63,998 nucleotides of DNA from a virus. Its lineage: Duplodnaviria; Caudoviricetes. Below, piece by piece: positions 28,486-39,070 of the stretch (its first letter is position 1; each line of letters begins with the position of its first letter). Below the pieces are notes generated by a model. That model did no database searches. It saw only the letters and a list, made by a program, of their open reading frames with translations, and was not told the DNA's origin. Both the position numbers and the translations under genes were made by a program. The stretch lies in the IMG/VR virus record IMGVR_UViG_3300035182_000918, positions 1 through 63,998 of that record. The stretch is one strand, 5' to 3'.

Positions 28486-31400
28486 ATGTTTGAAAACATT
28501 TATGATATAATGAAAGCAGCAATGGAGGGACAAAAAGATTTTCAACCCCCACCAACAACACAACGAATGTCACAGCTTGTAACTAATGAACGCAAAGACT
28601 CATTACCAGACCAAATCATACAACACTTAAAAAATTCAATACAAGAATATAATAAACATCATCAAAACGAAAACATATTAAAGCCACTTGTAAGTTTTAA
28701 CAATACACAACCTGAAAAACCTAATCCTCCCAAAAATATATTAGAACCACTTGTAAAGAGTTATGAACAGTATGGTGAACTTTCTAATTTACGCAAAGAC
28801 CCGAAGATTGCTAATATATTAAGTAAATCTGCTGTTCTTCCTATTTTAGGAAAAGTTAGTATTGGGGATGTAATTCCAAGAACTACAGTTGAAGCAATAG
28901 CTTGGAAAGAAATACCAATACCCGCCCTTAAACCAATAGGAAAAGGAATTAGTGGTTTTTTAAAATCTACCGCTACAAGTGCTGTTAAAATGGCTGGTTG
29001 GAATGAAGCTATCAATGAAGTTTACAATTTAAGTTCTGGTAATAAACTTGGAACAAATGCAGAAGGGGCATTAGAAAGCGGTGCATTATTTGGTGGTGCT
29101 GGAACAACTTTAGTAAAAACCGTTCCATTTGTATCAAAATTCATTAGAACAGGGGCATCAGGTCTAGCAAAAACATTATACGAATCATTCCCACAAACAA
29201 CTAAAGAATCTCTAACTTGGGCTTTTTCACACGCAGCAAAATATTTTACACCTACTTATGCCTTAACATCAAAGCCTACAAGATTTTTTCTGCGTATAGT
29301 CAATAGAGCATTATCAACTTTGAATGAAGCAAGATTAGCAGCTACAAATGCATTAAATTTTATAGACAATAATAGGATTGGTTCAATATTAGATGAACTT
29401 GGTAAAAAAATATCTCCTGAAAAACACCAATCAATTAATAGATATGGTGCTGCAATATATTTTACAGCGGCACCAGACGAAGAGATAGCACAATTTATTG
29501 AAGCAAATCCTGAAGCTAAAGAAATAGTAGAAACAGTAAGAAATACTTTAAGACAATATAAAAACAATGTTCAAGATGCAAGACAAGCATTTGAAAAAAA
29601 CCAAGAAGCATTAAGGATTAAGAGAACGCTTCAGGGTAAAGAAATGAAAGAGATGAAATATGATGAATACTTTACAACAGCAAAAAGCCCTAAAGAAGCA
29701 TTACTTGAAAAAGACACTCCTTTAGTAGATGAGATAGCATATAAATTTAATAACAAAGAAGGATTTTGGAATGGCTATTTTGGTAGCATATATTTTCCTG
29801 TAGCATTAGATAAATACTTTAAAACAGGTAGAGGATTATCTGCTAAAATAAATGACAAATATGTATATTCTATAGATAAACACGATGCTCATAGATTAGC
29901 TTCTAAAATAACTGATATTATAAAAGCAGATTTTCCAGAAGAAAAATGGACAGAAATAAAAGATAAAATATATCAAAAATTACAAGATATGCCAGTTGCA
30001 GGAACTTACTCTGAACTTTATAACCATATGAATGATATCATTGAAAGTGCATATGGTCGTGTTAACTACAACGAAATAAGAGCTGGTGTAAGAAACGAGA
30101 TTAAAAATAAAATAAAAGAAATCAATGATATAAAAAGAAATCTCAATAAAGAGATAACTAAAATTAAAAGAGAAAAATTTAAAGAATTAAAGAATTTAAG
30201 TGGCGAAGAATTAGAGAATGCCAAAAAGAAAATAATAGATGATTTGAATGAATACAAAAAAAATAGATTAGAAGAAATCAAAAAAATGAGAGATAGTGAA
30301 CTGCAGAGAATAAGAAATATAAGAGATAGTAAACTACAAGAAGCAAAAGAACTTAAAAAAGAACAAATTAAAAAAGCACAAAAATTTATTTATCAAATAT
30401 ATAAAACTTCACATATAAGTGGAGCAACAACAGCAGAAGAAGAAAAAGCATTAAGCGAATTATTTGAAAAAGCAGATAAATTATTTGAAAAGGAAGGCTA
30501 CGGTTCATTAGACGCTTCCAGATTAATGAAATTTTACAGTGATATAGCATTAGCATTTCAAAACTTTGGCGACAAAGACATAATAGAAAATAAGTTAGTT
30601 CCTGGGTTACCTATTAGCGAAGTAATAGATGATATCCATAATTTAGCTGAAAAAATACAAGGAATAAGACCACAAAAGTATTTCTTTTTGAGCGGTGGCT
30701 TGCACGGTAATATCGTAAAAACGCTTGATGAATTTTTAATACCACCAGAACTATTTACATCAGAAGTCCATTCGCTTGAATTAAAAGCAAATGACTTTGC
30801 TATATTTCTTAAAAGATTAGCAATAGGATTAATTCCAACATTCCATATGAAATCACTAACAGCTTCAGGCATTTATAGAGAAGGTGATTTATCTACTCTT
30901 ATTGAAAACAGCAGAAATATATTTATGAATAAAGAAGATTTTGCACAAAAGATAAGTCCATTAGCAGAAAAAATGAGTAAACTATTAAAAGAATTTCCTA
31001 ATACTTCTACTGTATTATCAGGAACAGCTGATATACCAGTTAGAATTGGAAATATTATTAGTAAAACTCCGTGGCTTAAGTGGGCTGATGATAGACTATG
31101 GTATAGATTCCAAACCTATGATAAAGTTAGTGCATTTGCTCGTATATACGATGATTTAACAGCTGGTAAAATAACAAGAAAAGAAGCCGAACAAATGATT
31201 AAAAATGTTAATACATTTTTCGGTGGCTTACCTGAATTTGCAAAATTTAATCCACATTTACGAACCGCATTAAGATATGCATTTCTTGCACCTGACTGGG
31301 AGTGGTCTCTTGTAAAGCAGTTAATGGGTGGCGTGTTAGGATTGGACGAAGAGAGAGTAAGATATTTTTATAATGTATTATTTTTCAATATGTATCTCAA

Positions 31401-32793
31401 TAGTGCTATTAATGCTGCAAGAGGAATGTATCCTGACACCGTAGATTGGCATAGAGTTTATGATGCTGTTAGAAATAATGATATAGGAAGATTGTTTAAA
31501 CAAACACTAACAGTAGCTGGAATTCCTATTAATATAGATATTCTTGGTTATGAAAGTGAAATGTGGACATTGTTTTATTCAGCAATTGAACCAATAATTC
31601 AAGCAGGTGCAATAACAAAAGGTTCTTTAAACACCGCATTACATAATTTCTTTTACCATCTATCTACTAAACGCTCAATCCCCTGGCAAGAGCTTGCTTC
31701 AATTAGTAATTATATGACAAATACAGATACAAAAAATAAAAGTATATTACAAGCAGTATTAGCACCATTCTTTCCATATGTAGCAAAAGGATTTATCTTT
31801 CCAAAAGACAAAGGTAATTGGTTGGCAAGTGGTGCATCTTCGCTGTTCAGTAGCACTGGTGTTCGTTCGCAGGTCTTAACTAAAACTCAACCTATGGCTC
31901 AATTAATGACAAGCGACCAAAGATATACACCTGAAACATATGAGCAAATAAGAAAATATATTATTACTTTCGTAAAAGACCTTGCAAAAAGCCATAAAGA
32001 CCCAAAAAGAGCATATGAATACAACTTATATTCTTCATTGCTTGATACGGGTTTTTCTGACACTATACCTAATTTTAAAGAATTTGTTAAGCAATATAAA
32101 GAGACAGATAATCCACAAACAAAACAAGAAATAAAAATACAGTTACAACAGTATGCATTAAGAACAGCAAGACAAATGTATCAAAAAATTACACACAGCA
32201 CTTTTTACGATGTCTTAAAATCTCAAATGGGAGGGCAGGGTGCTAATGATTATGTATCAAAATTAGTAATTAAAGTATTAAATTATGGTTTTATGAGAGC
32301 AAAACAACAAGCTACAAAAGAACAAACATCATCACTTTATCCTGATGAACAACAACCACAAACGCAACAACCAGAACAACCACAATCATATAATATTCAA
32401 CAACAAGACACTTCAGAAAATATAAATACTATAATCCAAAAAGCAGCTTCTACTTATGGTATCCCAGAAAAACTTATTAGTGCTGTTATACAAGCTGAAT
32501 CCAGTGGTAACCCTGATGCAGTATCACCAAAGGGTGCTGTTGGACTAATGCAGCTTGAACCAAGCACAGCACAGGAATTAGGTGTAACAGACATAAACGA
32601 CCCTCAACAAAATATTATGGGGGGTGCAAAATACTTAAGCTACCTAATTAAAAAATACAACGGTGATTTTGTTCTTGCTTTAGCAGCTTACAATGCAGGA
32701 CCAAACGCAGTAGACCAATATGGAGGAGTTCCACCATATGGAGAAACAATTAACTACATTAATAGAGTTGCCGATATTTATAATAATACCTAA
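28486..32793 (+). CDS. Large ejection protein with C-terminal SLT lytic transglycosylase
   Basis: AVIQAESSGNPDAVSPKGAVGLMQL and ALAAYNAG SLT motifs. Confidence 0.9.
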   Translation: MFENIYDIMKAAMEGQKDFQPPPTTQRMSQLVTNERKDSLPDQIIQHLKNSIQEYNKHHQNENILKPLVSFNNTQPEKPNPPKNILEPLVKSYEQYGELSNLRKDPKIANILSKSAVLPILGKVSIGDVIPRTTVEAIAWKEIPIPALKPIGKGISGFLKSTATSAVKMAGWNEAINEVYNLSSGNKLGTNAEGALESGALFGGAGTTLVKTVPFVSKFIRTGASGLAKTLYESFPQTTKESLTWAFSHAAKYFTPTYALTSKPTRFFLRIVNRALSTLNEARLAATNALNFIDNNRIGSILDELGKKISPEKHQSINRYGAAIYFTAAPDEEIAQFIEANPEAKEIVETVRNTLRQYKNNVQDARQAFEKNQEALRIKRTLQGKEMKEMKYDEYFTTAKSPKEALLEKDTPLVDEIAYKFNNKEGFWNGYFGSIYFPVALDKYFKTGRGLSAKINDKYVYSIDKHDAHRLASKITDIIKADFPEEKWTEIKDKIYQKLQDMPVAGTYSELYNHMNDIIESAYGRVNYNEIRAGVRNEIKNKIKEINDIKRNLNKEITKIKREKFKELKNLSGEELENAKKKIIDDLNEYKKNRLEEIKKMRDSELQRIRNIRDSKLQEAKELKKEQIKKAQKFIYQIYKTSHISGATTAEEEKALSELFEKADKLFEKEGYGSLDASRLMKFYSDIALAFQNFGDKDIIENKLVPGLPISEVIDDIHNLAEKIQGIRPQKYFFLSGGLHGNIVKTLDEFLIPPELFTSEVHSLELKANDFAIFLKRLAIGLIPTFHMKSLTASGIYREGDLSTLIENSRNIFMNKEDFAQKISPLAEKMSKLLKEFPNTSTVLSGTADIPVRIGNIISKTPWLKWADDRLWYRFQTYDKVSAFARIYDDLTAGKITRKEAEQMIKNVNTFFGGLPEFAKFNPHLRTALRYAFLAPDWEWSLVKQLMGGVLGLDEERVRYFYNVLFFNMYLNSAINAARGMYPDTVDWHRVYDAVRNNDIGRLFKQTLTVAGIPINIDILGYESEMWTLFYSAIEPIIQAGAITKGSLNTALHNFFYHLSTKRSIPWQELASISNYMTNTDTKNKSILQAVLAPFFPYVAKGFIFPKDKGNWLASGASSLFSSTGVRSQVLTKTQPMAQLMTSDQRYTPETYEQIRKYIITFVKDLAKSHKDPKRAYEYNLYSSLLDTGFSDTIPNFKEFVKQYKETDNPQTKQEIKIQLQQYALRTARQMYQKITHSTFYDVLKSQMGGQGANDYVSKLVIKVLNYGFMRAKQQATKEQTSSLYPDEQQPQTQQPEQPQSYNIQQQDTSENINTIIQKAASTYGIPEKLISAVIQAESSGNPDAVSPKGAVGLMQLEPSTAQELGVTDINDPQQNIMGGAKYLSYLIKKYNGDFVLALAAYNAGPNAVDQYGGVPPYGETINYINRVADIYNNT

Positions 32794-33152
32794 TCTTGCT
32801 TCTTTCGTTCTCTCCAAGCTATTTTAAGCATTTTGTAAAATAGCGGAGAGGATATTTTTTTAATGAACGGTTCCTTAAGAAAAGCAAACACAGAGTTAGT
32901 TCTTACTTTTAACTTACGGGCTATTTCTTCTATATCATAGCCTAACTCAAACAAATAAAACGACAAATAGCTTTTAATATACGACACTCCTCTTTGAGCC
33001 AATATATAGTTAGTTACTATCTGACTAACTAATGGAGGAGAAATATTAAGTATTCTGGCTACTGTTTGTTCGTTATATTCCTTGTATAAAGATAGTATTT
33101 CAAATATATCTTTCTTGGTTAACTCTTCTAATTTCATTTTCTTGATAACCAT
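32790..33152 (-). CDS. Double-HTH DNA-binding protein
   Basis: EQTVARILNISPPLVSQI and IEEIARKLKVRTNSV. Confidence 0.65.
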   Translation of the reverse strand: MVIKKMKLEELTKKDIFEILSLYKEYNEQTVARILNISPPLVSQIVTNYILAQRGVSYIKSYLSFYLFELGYDIEEIARKLKVRTNSVFAFLKEPFIKKISSPLFYKMLKIAWRERKKQD

Positions 33153-33300
33153 TCCAAAATCCTTACGGCTGTTTTATACCTTACTTTTTTACCTTGCCTT
33201 ACTCTTGTGCAGTTTAGCCCCATTCTCTTTAATGTCTTGCAAGGGAGAAAACGAATCTTCTCCATTGCAATCATAATAATCTTTTCTCTGTTTTCGTCGC

Positions 33301-33486
33301 TTACGAACATTTAGACCAACCGCAACTCAAACAGGTCATACAGCCTTCAGCATACATTAGGCTTTTGCTTCTACACACAGGACACACATTACCTATCTCA
33401 ACTTTTTTGTTACCGTGCTTTTCACGGAATTTCTTTTTCCTTCTCTCAATCTCTTCATCGGTTAGTGGTTCACCTATTGGTTTCAT
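33301..33486 (-). CDS. Stand-alone zinc ribbon
   Basis: CPVC...AEGCMTCLSCGWSKCS, like the C-terminus of class II ribonucleotide reductases. Confidence 0.7.
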   Translation of the reverse strand: MKPIGEPLTDEEIERRKKKFREKHGNKKVEIGNVCPVCRSKSLMYAEGCMTCLSCGWSKCS

Positions 33487-33656
33487 ATCTATACCTCCTA
33501 ATAAAACTCTCTATACGCTACGCTAATGGGTCTACAAGCTTCATTAGACCACTCGGCAATATAATTATACCCTTGAGTGTCATAAACCTTGTCATAATAG
33601 GATTATAAAATATGGGTTAACCAAAGTCTGCATAATAAAGTAATAGTTAGTATACA

Positions 33657-34379
33657 TCACACAACCTCTCCGTTTATTATCTTTAAGTTGTCAACTTTGA
33701 ATACTCCGTTCTCGAGATAGTCTATTATTGCAAAACCGTTGTTCCAATTTGTATGAGGGTCATAACTAACAAATGTTTGTCCCATACAACCAACAACCCA
33801 AGCCCCTTTAACCTTATTGCCTATGGTTCTAAAGAAATATTCATCTGTTTTATGCCAATGACCAACAATGGTATTTTCGTGTGTTGCACCTAATATTCTT
33901 TCAGCAATATTCTTTCTTCCACCAATTTTTAACTCGTGCCCGTGAAGATGATATAGCTTCCTAATCTTTAACGGTGCTAAACCACTTGTCATTAACTTCC
34001 AGTTATCTACATACTCAATCTGATACTTTTTATCAAGCATATCTTGAATGGTAATCATACCATACAAAGCAGGTGCTTTGGTAATGATGTAGTTTTCTAA
34101 CCTTTTTTCGTGATTGCCTTCAATGTAATAGATTTTCATAGGGTGAAAAGCTTTGTCAAGCTTTTCTATAAACTGTGATAAGAATGGAATTTCAGATTGT
34201 AAAGACCAATTATCAGGGTCGTGAGTAAATGAACTGACACTCTCAAAATCCATTATGTCTCCACCCAATACCAATGTCTCAAAGTAAATGCGTCGTTTCT
34301 TGATGTAATCAATCATTATATCAACCGCATTTTCATTAAAATACGGTAGATGAACATCAGCAATAAATAATTCTATCAC
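33657..34379 (-). CDS. Calcineurin-like metallophosphoesterase
   Basis: ADVH, GGDIMD, EGNHE, HGH and GHWH motifs. Confidence 0.85.
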   Translation of the reverse strand: MIELFIADVHLPYFNENAVDIMIDYIKKRRIYFETLVLGGDIMDFESVSSFTHDPDNWSLQSEIPFLSQFIEKLDKAFHPMKIYYIEGNHEKRLENYIITKAPALYGMITIQDMLDKKYQIEYVDNWKLMTSGLAPLKIRKLYHLHGHELKIGGRKNIAERILGATHENTIVGHWHKTDEYFFRTIGNKVKGAWVVGCMGQTFVSYDPHTNWNNGFAIIDYLENGVFKVDNLKIINGEVV

Positions 34380-34927
34380 TTCGCCTCCTTTTTTAAAAAC
34401 TTTTGATATAAACTTTTCTTAACTTCTTTTGGTTGTTCTATCTCTATCATTTCTATTTCTTCTGCTGGACTTATATAATTAATAAAAAATACAGGAAATC
34501 CTATCGGTAATTTACTCAAATCCCTTTTTTCCATCTTATATTTCTTCCATAGAGAAAAATTGTAAACAGCTAAATCATATTCACTTGGATATTCCTTACT
34601 TATCGTGTTAAGCAGATTACATAATTTTAACCAATCTCTTTTTCGTGTTAAAAACCAGCGGGTTATTATAACTTGAGTTTGATTTCTTGATAGTTGAATT
34701 GGTTTATGCTTTTTGGGAAAATAAGACTTTAAGTCATCTACTTTTTTGCCGTCCCTTTGTAGCTTTTCCAGAACAGTTACTTTAGTTGCTTTGGTTAAAT
34801 ACTTTGTTTCTTTAAAGTTACGAAGAGTTTGAAGACCAACTCCTAACCGTTCAGCTATCTCCTTATAGGTGTAGCCGTTATTGTGGGCATAGTCTATTAC
34901 ATCAAGCAATATGCCATTTGTAATCAC
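34376..34927 (-). CDS. HTH-containing protein
   Basis: YTYKEIAERLGVGLQTLRNF. Confidence 0.65.
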   Translation of the reverse strand: MITNGILLDVIDYAHNNGYTYKEIAERLGVGLQTLRNFKETKYLTKATKVTVLEKLQRDGKKVDDLKSYFPKKHKPIQLSRNQTQVIITRWFLTRKRDWLKLCNLLNTISKEYPSEYDLAVYNFSLWKKYKMEKRDLSKLPIGFPVFFINYISPAEEIEMIEIEQPKEVKKSLYQKFLKKEAK

Positions 34928-36792
34928 TTTATCTTATACCCCGCATTATTAAATTCTTGTTTTACAATGTTTTGAATAAGAAGCTGTTGAGGATTTTCTT
35001 TGGCTATTTTTCTCATCTCTTCTTGCTTGGTTAACTTTTGCAAATACTCTTCGTAAAACGGAAGCATCGGCTGGAGTATCGCTTCCCAAGCTTCTATTGC
35101 AAACGCAGCACACATAACTCTATCATCGTGCTTTGATTGTATAGCACCTATATCTCCGTTGTCTACAATGATATATTTTAACTCTTGCATTAAATCGGAA
35201 CTTCTAATAATACAACTACCATCAGCTACCGCTGCTTTCAGCTGTGCCATAATCTTATGCTTATTACCACCTGTTATCCACTGTATTGCACTACCAGGCA
35301 TTAGGCTATCAACCCTTTTGTAAACATAATCTTTCATTTTTCTTGCATACTCATATAGGGTTCTATCTTTAACATTCTCTTCAATTATTGTTCTTCTTAA
35401 CAATTGAATAATCTGTGCTACTGCCCTACCAGCACCATCTATCTCATACATAGACAAGTATGCATTAAACATAGAACCGATTTTAAGGAACAAGTAAGCC
35501 GATTGAATAGTATCGGTGGTAGGACTTGCCCACTCTGCTACTTGGAGTATTTTATCCCTAAATGCTTTCCACACTTGAATAACAGCCCTATCGCTTTCAG
35601 GGTTAGTAGAGTAAGCTGGGTCAAATGATAAGATATAACCATTGTAAGATAAATCTGGTGGGTCTTCCCATATCTTTAAATGACCTGTTTGACTTGGTGC
35701 TAACTGTGTTTTAGATGGCTTATCAAAAAATACAGGTTCAAATCTCTTAATAGGCTCTTTTACTTCTTCTTGTGCATTCCTTAATGTAGTAGGAACAAAA
35801 TAGTTACTACCACTTGCCCTAAAGGCATCTTCAGGAACAAAAGGATACATCTCATACATTTGGTCTTCTTTTGATTTACCTGTCTCATAGTCTTCTTTTA
35901 TTTTTTCTTTAAAAGTTTTTCTCCACCAAGCTATTTGATTCATAGTGAGTTCATAACCGTATACCCTTTTTATCTCATCAACTCTTTCTTTTTCGTCAGA
36001 GGTTAAATTGTAACCATATTTGAGTAAATCAGCATCGTTATCAACCCTATAAATATCTTTTAACCACCACCCAATAAATAAGGCAGCTTGGGTGTTACTT
36101 TCTTTGGCTGCTTCCCAAGTATCATAATAGAAGTTAAAACCGTTTGCTGTTGACTCATAAACAAATAACCTCTCGGGATTTGTCTCGCTAAAGGTTTGTT
36201 CAAAGTTGTTTATATCTTGAACGCTTGGATAATAAGCCACTTCTGTTAAATGAGCAAATGTAGTAGCTTGACCTCTACCCATATTACCTGTAGCTTTGTT
36301 ACGACTTTTTGGGTGATAGTAAGCAATATCTGAATCAAGTGTTCCAACACTTGTCCAAGTAAAACTGGTATGGTCTGCATTATTTATAATCATTGGGCGC
36401 TTTTGAGAAGGTTGAAGAGATTTCCAATATCGTTTTGTAATAAGAGCACGAACTTCTTTTACCGTTCTTTCGTCGTGGGCTACAATTGCTGCTTGGGTAT
36501 TTCTAAATCTCATTGCATAGTATAAATCAAACAATGACATTGATGTGGTTATACCAAGTTGTCTTGCTTTGAGAACAACAATTGTTTTAACATCTTTACT
36601 TTCTAATGTTTCAAATAATACTCTAAATAGTATTTTCTGTGCTCCATACCATTCCTTGTGATTAAAATTCATCCTGCCTTTTTCCTTTGATACAATTACA
36701 ACATTTTGGCTCCACTTAATAAAATTTTTATATGAAATATTATTGAATTCTAAATAATTTGTGATATATTCTGGCTTTATCTGAATAATCAT
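34924..36792 (-). CDS. terL: Terminase large subunit
   Basis: VLKARQLGITT Walker A, GRG..HLTEVA Walker B, ESTANG, SFDPA and HDDRVM nuclease motifs. Confidence 0.92.
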   Translation of the reverse strand: MIIQIKPEYITNYLEFNNISYKNFIKWSQNVVIVSKEKGRMNFNHKEWYGAQKILFRVLFETLESKDVKTIVVLKARQLGITTSMSLFDLYYAMRFRNTQAAIVAHDERTVKEVRALITKRYWKSLQPSQKRPMIINNADHTSFTWTSVGTLDSDIAYYHPKSRNKATGNMGRGQATTFAHLTEVAYYPSVQDINNFEQTFSETNPERLFVYESTANGFNFYYDTWEAAKESNTQAALFIGWWLKDIYRVDNDADLLKYGYNLTSDEKERVDEIKRVYGYELTMNQIAWWRKTFKEKIKEDYETGKSKEDQMYEMYPFVPEDAFRASGSNYFVPTTLRNAQEEVKEPIKRFEPVFFDKPSKTQLAPSQTGHLKIWEDPPDLSYNGYILSFDPAYSTNPESDRAVIQVWKAFRDKILQVAEWASPTTDTIQSAYLFLKIGSMFNAYLSMYEIDGAGRAVAQIIQLLRRTIIEENVKDRTLYEYARKMKDYVYKRVDSLMPGSAIQWITGGNKHKIMAQLKAAVADGSCIIRSSDLMQELKYIIVDNGDIGAIQSKHDDRVMCAAFAIEAWEAILQPMLPFYEEYLQKLTKQEEMRKIAKENPQQLLIQNIVKQEFNNAGYKIK

Positions 36793-36817
36793 TTTAATTC
36801 CCCCGAATTCAGTAGAA

Positions 36818-36843
36818 TAAAAAAGGCGACATATAGTCGCCCA
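36818..36843 (-). terminator. Intrinsic terminator between GroES-like gene and terL
   Basis: GGCGAC-TATAT-GTCGCC followed by TTTTTT. Confidence 0.65.
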
Positions 36844-37107
36844 TTAGTTTACTATATGTGGTTTGGTTTCTTCTTTTTCGTATACTCCTATTATATTATC
36901 AACATTAATTGCGAAAATATAACTATTATTTTCAGTAACCTCTAATAAGATAGCCTCTACTAAATCTACTAAAACCTTATCACCCTTTTTGAATTCATAT
37001 TCCAAATACTCTGGCACCTCTAAAAGGTCAGCTTTTACACTATGATTAATATATGTTAAATCTTTAGCCTCAACTATAATCCAATTATTCACTGGTCTTA
37101 ATTTCAT
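36844..37107 (-). CDS. GroES-like co-chaperonin
   Basis: MKLRPVNNWIIVE, KKGDKVL and DNIIGV; mobile loop looks short. Confidence 0.65.
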   Translation of the reverse strand: MKLRPVNNWIIVEAKDLTYINHSVKADLLEVPEYLEYEFKKGDKVLVDLVEAILLEVTENNSYIFAINVDNIIGVYEKEETKPHIVN

Positions 37108-37385
37108 TTCTTCACCTCTTCTACTGCTTTGGCTACTTCAGCTACCTTATCCAATATATTCTCACCCTGTTCTATTTTTTTAATCACCTTATCGTGGTCT
37201 GCACTAAAATAACCTACTAACGCTATACCTATTCCAACAACGCCTGTTGTAATTGCTGTTATCAACCCCTGTGTGCTACTGTTAACCGCTATTCCTGCTA
37301 TTGATAATATAACAATTACCAACCCTGATATTGAGCCTGACAATGTTGTCTTAATATCCTGCATATTATTTGCCTCCATAAGCAA
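37104..37385 (-). CDS. Putative holin
   Basis: Two hydrophobic helices, charged C-terminus, lysis-gene neighbourhood. Confidence 0.6.
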   Translation of the reverse strand: MLMEANNMQDIKTTLSGSISGLVIVILSIAGIAVNSSTQGLITAITTGVVGIGIALVGYFSADHDKVIKKIEQGENILDKVAEVAKAVEEVKK

Positions 37386-37557
37386 TAGTTTTTAATTGGT
37401 CTAAAACTGAATTCCTATCATATACAATCTGTTGTAAATCCCGTTGGTCAATATCTTTACCAGTTTCCTTTGCCTCTTTAATTAATCCTCCAACCTTACT
37501 TGCTGTTGTAATTAAATCAACTAAAATATCCATTGCCAATTCTACATTGTTCATCAC
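37366..37557 (-). CDS. Small hypothetical protein (lysis cluster)
   Basis: Overlaps the lipoprotein stop codon. Confidence 0.6.
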   Translation of the reverse strand: MMNNVELAMDILVDLITTASKVGGLIKEAKETGKDIDQRDLQQIVYDRNSVLDQLKTIAYGGK

Positions 37558-37913
37558 TTAACCCCCTTTGAACTTAAAAACATTTGCACCTTTTGTAGAG
37601 TGCTAATTGCTTCCGTTAAAATTAAATCCGCATTGTTTACCTGTGTTCCGTTGCTTGCCTGATATGCCTTCTGTGCATTGTCGGCTAATGTTGCTGCTGT
37701 TGACAATGCTTCATAGACATATTTCACATCTGCCTGTGTTAATTTCCCTGCGTTGTAGGCATTAATAGTAGTTTGCCCTAACACCTTAATTGTTGCATCA
37801 ATATAAGCAATCTTCTGTAGTGGTGTCGTTGGTGTAACAGTTTTAACCTGTGTGCAACCTACAACTGTAAAGAGAAATAACACTCCAAGAAATATTGTGA
37901 AAAATCTCTTCAT
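37554..37913 (-). CDS. Lipoprotein (possible spanin component)
   Basis: MKRFF signal peptide with VVGC lipobox. Confidence 0.7.
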   Translation of the reverse strand: MKRFFTIFLGVLFLFTVVGCTQVKTVTPTTPLQKIAYIDATIKVLGQTTINAYNAGKLTQADVKYVYEALSTAATLADNAQKAYQASNGTQVNNADLILTEAISTLQKVQMFLSSKGVK

Positions 37914-38194
37914 ACAACCTCCTTTTTTCTAATATATACAAATATTAGTTTTCTCATATCAATTACTTCGTAATTTTCTAACTGTAACTCTTCCTCCATT
38001 TTTCTAAAATCTTCTTTCATTTCTTCCTCATCTTCAAAATCCTTAATTCTAACTGGTAAAGTAATAAAAAGTATTTTTCCATCTTTTATGTCTTGTATAT
38101 ATTCCTGATTGAGATGATTAATAAGTTTTATTCCCCATTCTTCAGCCTTATCAGGGCTGTCAATAGCCTCTTCCCAAATCTCTACAAAATCCAT
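37910..38194 (-). CDS. Acidic hypothetical protein
   Basis: GGAGG RBS; 94 aa. Confidence 0.65.
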   Translation of the reverse strand: MDFVEIWEEAIDSPDKAEEWGIKLINHLNQEYIQDIKDGKILFITLPVRIKDFEDEEEMKEDFRKMEEELQLENYEVIDMRKLIFVYIRKKEVV

Positions 38195-38203
38195 TTAAAC
38201 CTC

Positions 38204-38629
38204 CTATCTATGAATTAATTGATGCGATGTTAATAACATATCTTTTATAGCATAATAATGTGGATTAAAAATCATAGCAATATAATGACTGTCTAAAAAA
38301 TCTGATAATGTAATCATAAAGAAAACAAGCATAATCACCCCAAAAACTCCTAATGCCATCATTTTAATAATTCCACAATCCTCATCTCCAACCTCATCAT
38401 CTACATCTTTTTTTGCCTTTAAAAACATTTTAAAAACAAGAATTGTGCCCCCTAAAGTCAATATAGCCGTTATTAAAAAAGAAACCACACCTATTATACC
38501 TGATACAAATTGCTGATAAACAAAATAGGGATAAATCTTATCAACCGTAATTCCTAATTGATGAGCCACTTCTCTCAACATATTAGCAACATTGTTACCC
38601 ACATCAAAACTAAAATTAAAATCACTCAT
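38204..38629 (-). CDS. Membrane protein with two TM segments
   Basis: Two hydrophobic stretches; FNPHYYAIK motif. Confidence 0.65.
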   Translation of the reverse strand: MSDFNFSFDVGNNVANMLREVAHQLGITVDKIYPYFVYQQFVSGIIGVVSFLITAILTLGGTILVFKMFLKAKKDVDDEVGDEDCGIIKMMALGVFGVIMLVFFMITLSDFLDSHYIAMIFNPHYYAIKDMLLTSHQLIHR

Positions 38630-38827
38630 TTAAACCTCCTTTTCTTCTCTGGTTGATGTTTTAACTAACAAATCTTGATTTAAATTAATAGTTATTTGTC
38701 GTGGTTGCGTTTCAATAGACTCTATAGAATCATCTGGAAGAACTATTACTGTAAATGTTTTATCAGGTGTCTTTTCATAATCAAACACATCTACTATCCA
38801 ACCCCAAAACTTTTTCACCCAATTCAT
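38630..38827 (-). CDS. Hypothetical protein
   Basis: GGAGG RBS; tight operon packing. Confidence 0.6.
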   Translation of the reverse strand: MNWVKKFWGWIVDVFDYEKTPDKTFTVIVLPDDSIESIETQPRQITINLNQDLLVKTSTREEKEV

Positions 38828-39070
38828 CTAACCCTCCTGTTCAGCTTTTTTAACATACCTTGACGCTAAAATATTATCAATTTTTTCAAATACCCATCTA
38901 CCTCCTTTTTCGCCTAATTTAGCTTCTTCATAATAATTTCCAAAAGCATCTTTATATGTTTTTTCCCCTACATCAACAACAACAAGAGGAATTTCTTCGT
39001 CCCAACGCTCAATACTTTCCAACACTACATTAAGAATGTAAAGTCGTTCATCTTTTTTCTTTTTACTCAT
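38828..39070 (-). CDS. Hypothetical protein
   Basis: GGAGG RBS; tight operon packing. Confidence 0.6.
   Translation of the reverse strand: MSKKKKDERLYILNVVLESIERWDEEIPLVVVDVGEKTYKDAFGNYYEEAKLGEKGGRWVFEKIDNILASRYVKKAEQEG

Noticed and set aside
33497-33656. Possible frameshifted small gene between the phosphoesterase and zinc-ribbon genes
   Set aside because: Only short overlapping frames with no motif, and no second copy is available for comparison.
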